A program made the position numbers and the translations under genes. This document shows, in pieces, positions 10,482-20,000 of a DNA stretch of 20,000 nucleotides. The stretch lies in NCBI RefSeq assembly GCF_004010195.1, contig NC_057719.1, positions 60,549,559 through 60,569,558 on the forward strand, written 5' to 3'. The notes under the pieces were generated by a model. That model saw only the letters and a list, made by a program, of their open reading frames with translations, was not told the origin of the DNA and did no database searches. Positions within the stretch are counted from its first letter, which is position 1. The number at the start of each line of letters is the position of its first letter. The DNA is from Chiloscyllium plagiosum (lineage: Eukaryota).

Positions 10482-11837
10482 CAGTCTGTTCAGCTATAAC
10501 GCGGTCGTTGCGTTCTCATGCGACCTCATGTTATTGAAAATTGCGCAATAGAACAGAGCTGATGGGAGAAACAGGATTGGGGTCAACCGCCAAAATTATC
10601 AGTAAAAATTGAAACAAAAATTGTAGCTAGCCTAACACAAATAATAGCACAGTCTAAGTAAATGTTAAAACATATTTTAATTAAATAATACAACACATTT
10701 AATACTTTAAAAGGTCTCCAACTTTGCAGAGTTACAGTATTGTATTAAGACAAGGGCTGAGGATCATTATCAGCATCATCATTACTTTCAGATGCACTTC
10801 TGAATGCAGGGTTGAGAGTGAAAGGAAATATTTAGTCCAAAAGTGGATACCTATGGTTCATTGTCCTCAGACTGTTTATTGAAGGTTGGCTTAAAAAAAG
10901 CATCTAGTTTTTGATGCTTTGCCAACTTTCTTCTTTCATGATGAAGGTGTTCATAGGGTGCCAGATAAGACTTTATGCCACTAATTGCTGTCCAGCTGCA
11001 TTCTAGTCATTGTCTTCTAAGAGCTGCAGTTGCTTCTCAACTTCCCTCACGATAGAAGACAAGAGAGAAGTGGAAAGTTCTCATAGTGCTGCATCTTGAA
11101 CTTCTTCATCTTTATCATGAGCTTCCATTTCCCCCAACGGAACAAATTGCTGTAGATCAGTCTCCACTTCTTCAAATCCAATTTGCTTTGCAGGAGCAAC
11201 ACAATATTCTTTGATTGCTGGAAGTTCCTCTGATGGTTCAACACCTTTAAAATCATGAAGAAAATCTGGGAGAAGCTTCTGCCAAGCTGCATGCAAACAT
11301 CACCCCTGGCCTCCACAATGATGTCAGTAGCATTTTTAATGCTTTTTAAAACTCTTCCAAAATTGAGGAACACTGTTCTCATTATCTCCCTCAGTAGTTG
11401 CAATCAGCTTCCTCAATGTATGCATCAAATAATAAGCTTTAAAAACTGCTACTGCATCCTGGTCTGTGGGTTGAATGAGGGAGGTTTGTTTGGAGGTAGA
11501 CAGATCACTTTGATATTTTAAGAAAGCTCACCAACAGTGGGAGGATGGCTTGGTGCATTGTCCAGAATGAAGAGAATCTTGAAATCCAAATCTTTTCTCC
11601 TGCAATAATTTCTCAAAACATCCTTAAAAAAATTCAACAATAAGGTCAGAAAAAAAATTACCCTGTCATTCAAACTCTTTGCTTGACCTGAAGTAAAAGT
11701 AAAAGTTAAAGTAACCAGGGATGGAATCGCATATTAGCCAACAGGAGTTCACGTTTTATAGAAAACATTCCTCAATTCACCAACTGCGTTATAGCCAAAA
11801 CATGTTGATGAAATACGGGTTATATGAGAACGACCTG
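10482..11837 (-). mobile_element. Internally deleted pogo/Tigger-type (Tc1/mariner superfamily) DNA transposon with a decayed DDD transposase C-half
   Basis: TA flanks lie at 10480-10481 and 11838-11839. The TIRs are CAGTCTGTTCAGCTATAACGCG and CAGGTCGTTCTCATATAACCCG (15/22). The minus strand translates DFKILFILDNAPSHPP..NIKVICLPPN..SLIQPTDQDAVAVFKAYY, then NIKNA-like LKSIKNATDIIVEA and MHAAWQKLLPDFLHDFKG. Confidence 0.85.
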
Positions 11838-12064
11838 TACGTTTCTGCTATTACTTCATTGGCTCAGGTTTCTCCAAGTTCTGGATTATTTTAAAACCTT
11901 GTATTTAAAAGGCCAAAGTCTTAGTTGATTTTAAACATAGCAGCTATGCAGAGGTAATATGACAATAATTTATACTATATTGTTATTTTTCAGAACTTGA
12001 ACTCTAAAAGAGGTAAATGGGGTTCGGATTTTTTAGTGCTGTGTGATGTTGAGATTTTAACTTT

Positions 12065-12358
12065 TAAGGAAGAGTCAGTTACAGTGATCATGGGGGGGAT
12101 TTCAATATGCAGGTGGATTGGGAAAATCAGGTTGGTCGTGGAGTGCATGTAAAGGAATTTGTGGAATGTCTATACAATGGCTTTTTAAAGCAGCTTGTGG
12201 TGGACCCCCCAAGGAACAGGCAATATTGGATTAAGTGTTGTGCAATGAGGCAGACTTGATAAGGGAGCTTAAGGTGAAGGAACCTTTAGGAGACCATGTT
12301 CATAATGTGATTGAATTTCCTCTGCAATTTCAGAGAGAGAAGACGGAATCAGAGGTAA
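12065..12358 (+). mobile_element. CR1 ORF2 endonuclease fragment (host copy interrupted by the nested LINE)
   Basis: Remnants include VIMG-DFNMQVDWENQVG, EFVECLYNGFLKQLV..P.R.QAILD*VLCNE and a degenerate DH.. motif. Confidence 0.8.
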
Positions 12359-14040
12359 CATAGAACATAGAACAGTAGAGACCTTTTGGCCCACGATGTT
12401 GTGCTGAGCATTTATCTTAATCTAAAATCAACCTAACCTGCACACCCCTCAATTTACTGCTGTCCATGTGCTTGTCCAGCAGTCTCTTAAGTGTCCCTAA
12501 TGTCTCTGACTCTTCTACCACTGCTGGCAGTGCATTCCATGCACCCACCACTCTCTGCGTAAAGAACCGACCTCTGACATCTCCTCTATACCTTCCTCCA
12601 ATCACTTTAAAATTATGACCCCTCGTGACAGCCATTTCTGTCCTGGGGAAAGGTCTCTGGCTATCTACTCTATCTATGCCTCTCATTACCTTGTACACCT
12701 CTATCAAGTCACCTCTCTTCCTTCTTCTCCAGGGTGAGAAGCCCGAGTTCACTCAACCTCTCTTCATAAGACATGCCCCTCTAATCCAAGTAACATCCTG
12801 GTAAATCTTCTCTGCACCCTCTCTAAAGCATCTACATCCTTCCTATAATGAGGCGACCAGAAATGGACATAATATTCCAAGTGTGGTCTAACCAGGGTTA
12901 GATAAAGCTACAGCAAAACCTTATGGCTCTTAAACTCAATCACCCATACACCTTCTTAACAACCCTATCAACTTGGATGGCAACTTGGAGGGATCTATGT
13001 ACATGGACCCCAAGATTCTGCTGTTCCTCCACACTGCCAAGAATCCTGTCTTTAACCCTGTATTCAGCAGTCAAATTTAACCTTCCAAAATGAATCACTT
13101 CACATTTATCCAGGTTGAACTCCATCTGCCATTACTCAGCACATCTCTGCATCCTGTCAATGTCTTGTTGTAGCATGCAACAGCCCTTGACACCATCTAC
13201 AACACCACCGAGCTTTATCTCACCAGCAAACTTACTAATCCACCCTTCCACTTCTTCATTCAAGTAATTTATAAAAAACAATGAACAGCAGAAGCCGAAG
13301 AACAGATTCCTGTGGGACACCACTGGTCACCGACCTCCAGGCGGAACACTTCCCATCCACTACCACTCGCTGTCTTCTGTCGGCCAGCCAATTCTGCATC
13401 CAGACAGACAAATTTCCCTGTATCCCATACCTCCTAACATTCTGAACAAGCCTACTGTGGGGAACTTTGTCAAACGCCTTATGTCCACTGCTCAATCTGT
13501 TTTGTCACATCCTCAAATAATTCAATAAGGTTTGTGAGGTATGACCTGCCCCTCACAAAGCCATGCTGACTATCTTTAATCAAACTATGTTTTTTCCAAA
13601 TAGTCATAAATCCTATCTCTCAGAATCCTTTCTAGTACCTTGTTTACTGCAGATGTAAGACTGACTGGTCTGTAATTCCCAAATATTTCTCCATTCCCTT
13701 TCTTGAACTTAAGAAGAACATTCGCCTCCTCCAATCATCAGGTACTACTCCCGTGGAGTGTGAGTTTGCAAACATCATTATCAGAGGTGCAGCAATCTCT
13801 TTCCTCGCTTCCTGTAGCAACTTTGGATATATCTGGTCCAGCCCTGGGGACTTACCTATCTTGATGCTTCCCAGAATTTCCAGTGCATGCACTTTCTTAA
13901 TACTAATCTGTCCAAGCCTATTAACCTGGTCCACAGTGCTCCCACTGTCAACAGGGTCCCTCTCTCTAGTGAATACTGAAGCAAAAAACTCATTTAGGGC
14001 CTGCTCTCCCTCTTCACATTCCAGGCACAAGTTCCTTCCA
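12359..14040 (-). mobile_element. 5'-truncated CR1 LINE, ORF2 RT pseudogene with 3' tail, nested in another CR1
   Basis: Minus ORFs give ALNEFFASVFTRE..KSPGLDQIYPKLLQE, KAFDKVPH, VTSGVPQESVL, ISKFAG, MEFNLDKCEVIHFG and RGDLIEVYK..FFTQRVVGAWNALP. The (CATAGAA)2 tail on + at 12359-12374 corresponds to (TTCTATG)n. Confidence 0.95.
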
Positions 14041-14239
14041 TGGAGGAGCTGGGTGGAATCGACTAGGAGAGGAACCTAGCAGGAAAGACAGTGAACAGCA
14101 GTGGCAGGGGTTTCTGGGAGTAATTCAGGAGACACAGCAGAGATTCATCCCAAGGAAAAAGAAGCATGGTGCAGGGAGGATGAGGTAACCCTGGCTGATG
14201 AGGTAAGTATAAAAGCAAGAGAAAGCATATAATGTGGCA
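14041..14239 (+). mobile_element. Continuation of the + strand CR1 (endonuclease-RT linker)
   Basis: It reads EEL..ID*ERNLAGKTV..QWQGFLGVIQETQQRFIPRKKK...PWL...AYNVA, the linker expected downstream of the 12065-12358 fragment. Confidence 0.7.
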
Positions 14240-14880
14240 CAGGACAGACCTTCTCAAAACATTTTCAGAAGGTAGTCTAGATCCTAACCTTTTCCTTATT
14301 TTTAAGGTAGATCTGAAGTGCATGTTTCATCTGTGATACAACTCATCAGACTACTCAACATTAAGCAATACACAATTTATTTCAATACTATAGTTAAAAT
14401 ATAAACAAAAGAAAGAGGAATATAGAATAACTTAACTATTGGAAAACAACCAAATAATAGATACAGTACCAATTACTAATTAACTGTCAAATATAGTAAC
14501 ATTCCATAAACCTACCCCTTGGCAAAATGGCAAATGCAGAGAGATTCTTACATGCAGTTCTCCAATCCAGGAGGAAACATAATCAAGGGAGATTTTAGAG
14601 AAAGTAGCAGATAGAAATCATTTACTGAAGTTCCAATTCTTTTGAGACCCCAAGCATCTTCTGACTGCTACAGCTAAAACAAAACCTAGAAAACCTAGTT
14701 TGAGAGAGCTGGCCACTCCCCTTCAATTGTTACAACTATAATGTTTTTAAAAAACCTAAAGGCCTAAGTTATCTACTTAAGCAGTTTTCAGCATCCAGGT
14801 CTGCACCTCTGACTTTACAACCTCTCTTCAAAAAAAAACCTCGGAGAAAATAAACATGATAAAGTAACAGCATCATCACA
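14240..14880. mobile_element. Solo-LTR-like unit (family A, second copy, left end apparently clipped)
   Basis: It shares blocks with 6707-7269 such as AGAAGGTAG.C.AGA.CCTAAC, CTTGGCAAAA..TTCTTACA.GCAG and TTACAACCTCTCTT(A)nCCTCGGA.AAAATAA, and has the same CAGCATC.TCACA end. Confidence 0.7.
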
Positions 14881-15461
14881 AGGCTAACCGGCCTATAGTT
14901 TCCTGTCTGTTGTCTCCTCCCTTCTTAAGCAGGGGTGTTACATTAGCCATTTTCCAGTCCTCTGGGACCCTCACTGACTCCAGTGATTCCTGAAAGATCA
15001 CCAACAATGCCTCTACAATCTCTTCAGCTGTCTCCTTCTGACTATCTGGACCAGGTGAGTTAGTCGCCTGTTGACTTTCCACTTTTCCCAGCAGCTACTC
15101 CTTCATGTTGGCCATTGCATTCACCTCTGCCCTCTTACTTTCTTGAAATTCTGGGATGTCTTCCACTGTGAAAAATGGTGCAAAGTACCTATTCAGCTCT
15201 TCTGCCATTTCTTTGTTTCCCATTCTACTTCTCCAGCCTCATTTTCCAATTGTCTAATAACTACTCTTGCCTCTGTTTCCTTTTATATATCTAAACAAAT
15301 TCTTGCAATCTTATCTTATATTTGCAGCTAGCTGACCCTCATTTCATTTTTCCCTGCTTATTGATTTTTTTTAGTTATCCTCTGTTTTTTTTTTAAAAGG
15401 CTTCCCAATCCTTTGGCTTTACACTAACCTTTACCACATTGAATAATTTTTCTTTTGCTTT
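14881..15461 (-). mobile_element. CR1 ORF2 fragment (linker to RT start)
   Basis: The minus strand gives KAKEKLFNVVK..DWEAF, EMAEELNRYF, SPGPD..KETAEEIVEALLVIFQESLESVRVPEDWKMANVTPLLKKG and NYRPVSL. Confidence 0.85.
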
Positions 15462-16110
15462 CCTTCCATATCCGTCACAAATTCACCTGCACCTCCACAC
15501 ACATCATTTACTGCATCCACTGCACCCGATGTGGCCTCCTCTACATTGGGGAGACAGGCCGTCTACTTGCGGAACGTTTCTGGGACACCTCTGGGACACC
15601 TCTGGGACACCCGCACCAACCAACCCAACCGCCCTGTGGCTGAACACTTTAACTCCCCCTCCCACTCCGCCAAGGACATGTAGGTCCTTGGCCTCCTCTA
15701 TCGCCAGACCATGGCAACACGATGCCTGGAGGAAGAGCGCCTCATCTTCCGCCTAGGAACCCTCCAACAACAAGGGATGAATGCAGATTTCACCAGCTTC
15801 CTCATTTCCCCTCCCCCCACTGTATCTCAGTCCCAACCCTCGGACTCAGTACTGCCTTCTTGACCTGCAATCTTCTTCCTGACCTCTCCGCTCCCACCCT
15901 CTCTCCGGCCTATCACCTTCACCTTAACCTCCTTCCACCTATCGCATTCCCAATGCCCCTCCCCCAAGTCCCTCCTCCCTACTTTTATCTTAACCTGCTT
16001 GGCACACCCCCCTCATTCCTGAAGAAGGGCTTATGCCCGAAGCGTCGATTCTCCTGCTCCTTGGAATCTGCCTGACCTGCTGCGCTTTTCCAGCAATACA
16101 TTTTTCAGCT
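15462..16110 (+). mobile_element. Penelope-like element 3' fragment: GIY-YIG endonuclease remnant plus 3' terminus
   Basis: It translates SFHIRHKFTCTSTHIIYCIHCTRCGLLYIGETGRLLAERF (GIY-YIG with CxxC), then PVAEHFN and RCLEEERLIFRLGTLQQQGMN. The terminus carries a hammerhead-like core at 16019-16046. Confidence 0.9.
15579..15611 (+). repeat. Tandem repeat (TCTGGGACACC)x3 inside the GIY-YIG coding remnant
   Basis: Three exact 11-bp units at 15579, 15590 and 15601. Confidence 0.95.
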
Positions 16111-17260
16111 TTAATACAATACCTTCAGTCTTGCCTTGACTGTCCCCCCTTTTTCATAGACGTTCATTATCTGCTGTGCCTGAAGTTAGATTCTTGAACC
16201 TGTCCAGACTGTCTGTTCCAATACTTATTCTGGATACTTTAGCCTCTGCTGAGGCACGACCACCACGTCTTTCTATAATTTTCCATGCAGCTGAACCCAT
16301 CCCCACCCTCCCACTGTTTAATTTAAAATCCTATACACAGCTCTTGTACAATTTGCAAGGACTCTGGTCCCTTCAGGTGGAGTCTGTTTCATCGGAATAG
16401 CTCCCTCTCTCTTAGTTGATGCCAATGTCCTATGAATTGGAACTAGTTTCTCCCACACTCATCTTTGAGCTATGCATTTACCTCTCTGATTTGGTTGACC
16501 CTGTGCCATTTTACTCATGGATCAGGTAGAAATCCAGAGATTATTACCTTTTTCGTTCAGCAATTTAATTTAGCCCCTAGCTGCTCATACACCCCAGCAG
16601 AACCTCCTTCTGCCTATATCATTGGTATCTACATGGGCCACGAGAAGTGGACCTTTCCCCTCCCACTCGTAAGTTCCTCTACAGCCCAGATGAGATATCC
16701 TTAAACCAGGCATCAGGCAGGCAATATAGCCTTCAGGACTCTTGATCCTCACCACAGAAAACAATGTGTATTCTCTTTACCACACAATGCTCAATTACAA
16801 GTACATTCTCTTGTCTCTCCCCCCACCTCCACCACCTTTTTAATTTAAGTACCACTGTGCTATGGTTAGTTTGCACATCCTCCCTGTAGCCTCCAATTTC
16901 ATCTACACAGAGAGCAAGAATCTCAAAACTGTTAGATAAGCTCAAGGGCTGAGGCACCTTCAGCATTATCTCCTGGATCCCTCTACTGCCTCACTGGTAG
17001 TCACACACTCCTGTTCCTGATCAGTTTGAGGTAATTGATCCAAAGGAGTGTGTCTGTCTCCTGAAACACAGCATCGAGGTAACTCTTCCCCTGATGTTTT
17101 GCAGCATTCAAAGCTTAGATTCTAGTTCAACAACAGAATCAGAGTTCCTCAAGCAACCAATGCTTGTTACAGATGTAGTCATTATGAACCACAATGGAGT
17201 TCACCACCACCTGTATCACGCAGTTAAAACATATTGTCTGTCCGAGCACTTCTGTTTTAA
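16111..17260 (-). mobile_element. CR1 ORF1 pseudogene (zinc finger/leucine zipper plus SGNH-type esterase) and inter-ORF region
   Basis: The minus strand gives ICFNC...DYICNKHWLLEEL...ELESKL (Zn finger/coiled coil), PLSLSNSFEIL, VLVIEHCVVKRIHIVFCGEDQES (decayed GDS block) and RLHL..GTRVLA (DxxH block). Confidence 0.75.
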
Positions 17261-17544
17261 TAACTTACTTCTTAATTTGATTTTTTTTGAACAATTGTAC
17301 TGGTCTTTTAGTTGTAGCCTACAAATACTTCTTCTATTTACTTTTAATCTGAAAGTAATTTATAATTGGTAGTCAAATGAATAGCTATCACCAACCAACA
17401 AACTTACTATTTCTACACAATGATTTATGCTAGGCCCCTGGTCTTGGGCTTCAATTTATCCTGTTAAAAAACAACGTAACGAAACAATGAGCGAAAAAAT
17501 AGCAAGCAATAAGAGCATCATTTCCCTCCCCACAGCTTTTCCAC

Positions 17545-17922
17545 ATTGCTGCCAAATTTCCTGAAAGCTATACTCATTCAAGCTGTGTCTGACTCTGGAT
17601 GTGATCTCTTTCCTGATCATGCAAAGCTTTCAACAGGGCATTTCTTAAATAGAGCTGAAATGACTCTCACTAGGTAAGCTTCAATAGTGAAATAATACCT
17701 ATTAAGGCTTTATTCAGGCTTCAGATGATTCACTGAATACTATCCCTCAGCCAACAACTTTATTAAACTTTTCACTCAACTACTGGACTTTAAACTTTTA
17801 AAATGGAAAAGAAAGATTTACCAGTTGAATTCCTATATTGCCACCAAAATGCCTGAACTATACACTCACTTGGGCTATGTTTGTCTCTGGATGCATCTCT
17901 TCTTCCTAACCATGCAAAGCTT
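17545..17922. repeat. Diverged ~85-bp direct repeat pair (17545-17629 and 17837-17922), probably in the CR1 5'UTR
   Basis: ATTGCTGCCAAATTTCCTGAA...CTCTGGATG..ATCTCTT..CCT..CATGCAAAGCTT aligns with ATTGCCACCAAAATGCCTGAA...CTCTGGATGCATCTCTT..CCT..CATGCAAAGCTT. Confidence 0.75.
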
Positions 17923-19263
17923 ACTATTGAAACTGACAACTTTAAAATCAACATGTAGAGCCTGTGTCAACAAGTGATTTGTATGTTGATTTTCACACAA
18001 ATTAGTACAGCTACTCAGCTGTTGCATTTAAATACAAAGGTGTAGATTGCATCAACAGTGGAAAAGAAAGTCTTGAATATCAACCAAGGTGAAAAACAAT
18101 TCAGAATAGGTTGGCAGCAGCATTTAGCAAGGGCATGGAGGGAATTATTGCCATATCACACACAAGGTTCATCAAACATTGAAGTACTTGTGTAGCAGTA
18201 GCAGACATGAAGAAATGAGATGTCAAATGTGCTAATGGTCTGTAACTTTGAATCCTAAATTGAAGCAACTTAGAATTTACATTGTTTGATTTAGATGGCA
18301 TTAAGTTTCTGTTTTTCAAAGAAGAACTGTTGAATTCCGCTGCTTTAATTTGAGATTCAACACTGTCAAATGTATCCAATTCCAGTCTTGACAGACTTAA
18401 ACATACAGCTTTTCTATTTTTGCACAACGTAAGATTATCAATCAAACAAGCCTGGTGTCAGATCATTATGAATATCATTCCTGTATATTGAAATCACTGG
18501 AGGGTTGAAATTCTACTGTTCTTGATAAATAAAATAAGCAGCAATGGGTCACTGACAAAGTCACTGGAATTCACTACATTTTGGACAACGTGATTTAATT
18601 AATATAATGAAAAATAACAGCTGATCATGAAATGCATGCACAAATGATTACTTAGCCATTGATAAAGCAGTTCACTATGTGCTGTAATGGGTAAGTATCA
18701 AAAGTTTGGTCATTCAGTTGCAGATATGCCGTTCAAGTGCTTGCAAGTAAAGCAGAGGTAAAGAAGTTAATTTTAACATGTTTTAGTTTGTACATAGCAA
18801 AGTGGTCAACCATGTCTTTGGGATACATCATTTTATGATAAATTAAAGCATTGTATGAAATTCTTTTGTTTGTTTCATATATAATCTGAGTTGACAATTT
18901 GAGCACACTATATGACAGTTGTGAAGTAATAGGGAGATTAGTTTGAAACTAAAATTTATTCAAATTCATGCTATTTCCTCAGAAAAATTAACATTTGTTG
19001 TTATCCAACTTGGAAAATGGGTGTACTTGGTAATGTTCTCACCGTACATGCAAAAGACCAGCTTCTTAAGGGGCAGCAAGGGACAACCTCCAATTGCTCC
19101 ATTAGGGTGTTGAGCTGAAATATCATTTTAGCCTGCGTTTAACATAAGATCTTAGTAAAGGAGCCAAACATATGCTAGTAGCAGTTCACTGCAGAGTATT
19201 TTGATTATCATTTAAAATATCTGCCAGTACCCAGAATATGGCAGCATGGTATTTTGCTGAATT

Positions 19264-19334
19264 GCATCACAATGGCTCAGTAGTTAGCACTGCTGCCTCA
19301 CAGCGCCAGAGAACTGGGTTTGATTCCAGCCTCG
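19264..19334 (+). mobile_element. tRNA-derived SINE head (HE1-like), interrupted by a PLE
   Basis: A-box TGGCTCAGTAG (19273-19283), the spacer TTAGCACTGCTGCCTCACAGCGCCAG, and B-box GGTTTGATTCC (19317-19327). Confidence 0.75.
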
Positions 19335-20000
19335 ATTGATGAATTCAACACGCGGCGTGACAATTCTTCCGCCGCCTTCGCCTCCGCGCCTACTTCTTTA
19401 ACCAAGACTCCCGCCCACCCTCTGACGACCCCTTCTCCCGCCTCCAACACACCCCATCCACCTGGACACCCCGTGCTGGCCTCCTACCTGCCCTCGACCT
19501 CTGCATAGCCAACTGTCGCCGCGATATTAACCGCCACCTGAACTCCCCCACCCCTCTCACCCACTCCAAACTCTCCACTCACTTCGTTGCAACCCCAACC
19601 TCACTATCAAACCAGCAGACAAGGGAGGCGCGGTAGTAGCTTGGCGCTCCGACCTCTACACCGCTGAGGCCAAACGCCAGCTCGCAGATACCTCCTCCTA
19701 CTGCCCCCTTGACCATGACCCCACTCCCCACCACCAAACCATCATCTCCCAGACCGTCCATAACCTCATCACCTCGGGGGATCTCCCATCCACCGCCTCC
19801 AACCTCATAGTCCCACAACCCCGCACCTCCCGCTTCTACCTCCTGCCCAAAATCCACAAACCTGACTGCCCCGGCCGACCCATTGTCTCCGCCTGCTCCT
19901 GCCCCACCGAACTCATCTCCGCATACCTTGACACCGTCCTGTCCCCCTTAGTCCAAGAACTCCCCACCTACGTTCGGGACACCACCCACGCCCTCCACCT
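19335..20000 (+). mobile_element. Penelope-like element, RT N-terminal region, relatively young, running off the window
   Basis: There is a stop-free frame from 19582 to 20000: LTIKPADKGGAVV...RFYLLPKIHKPDCPGRPIVSACSCPTELISAYLD..L.PLV...YVRDTTHALH. An upstream frameshifted part reads FFRRLRLRAYFF..PSTWTP. The sequence is C-rich and CpG-rich. Confidence 0.92.

Noticed and set aside
7270..14239. Internal region of a full LTR retrotransposon between the two family-A LTRs
   Set aside because: No gag, protease or integrase remnants are seen, the first LTR has its own near-TSD, and the two copies are strongly diverged.
15579..15611. CRISPR-like short repeats
   Set aside because: The units are contiguous 11-bp tandem copies with no spacers and no cas genes.
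19264..19334. tRNA gene
   Set aside because: A and B boxes are present but I cannot build a convincing cloverleaf or find a terminator. The sequence fits a SINE head.
19380..20000. CpG-island promoter
   Set aside because: The CpG and C richness is explained by young PLE coding sequence.

Overview
Eukaryotic, transposon-dense non-coding DNA, intronic or intergenic. The repeat types suggest a cartilaginous fish such as a shark (inference). I can support no host protein-coding gene. Almost every ORF in the track is a decayed transposon frame, its antisense shadow, or an artefact of the 592-N gap (7531-8122). The window holds several CR1-group LINE copies (two long ORF2 remnants at 2585-4962 + and 12359-14040 -, and a minus-strand copy that keeps ORF1 zinc-finger and SGNH-esterase motifs). 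It also holds five Penelope-like element (PLE) insertions or fragments covering RT, GIY-YIG and terminal regions, three solo-LTR-like units, an internally deleted pogo/Tigger DNA transposon, and SINE fragments. The most interesting signal is in the PLE termini. They carry repeated minimal hammerhead-ribozyme-like cores (CUGANGA-stem II-GAAA). One of them is a 224-bp non-coding palindromic insertion with a perfect 12-bp target-site duplication and degenerate cores on both strands. Minimal hammerheads in PLEs are a known phenomenon, so I see no strong evidence of a wholly new system. The palindromic mini-element and the rearranged nested CR1/LTR/PLE cluster are the best leads.
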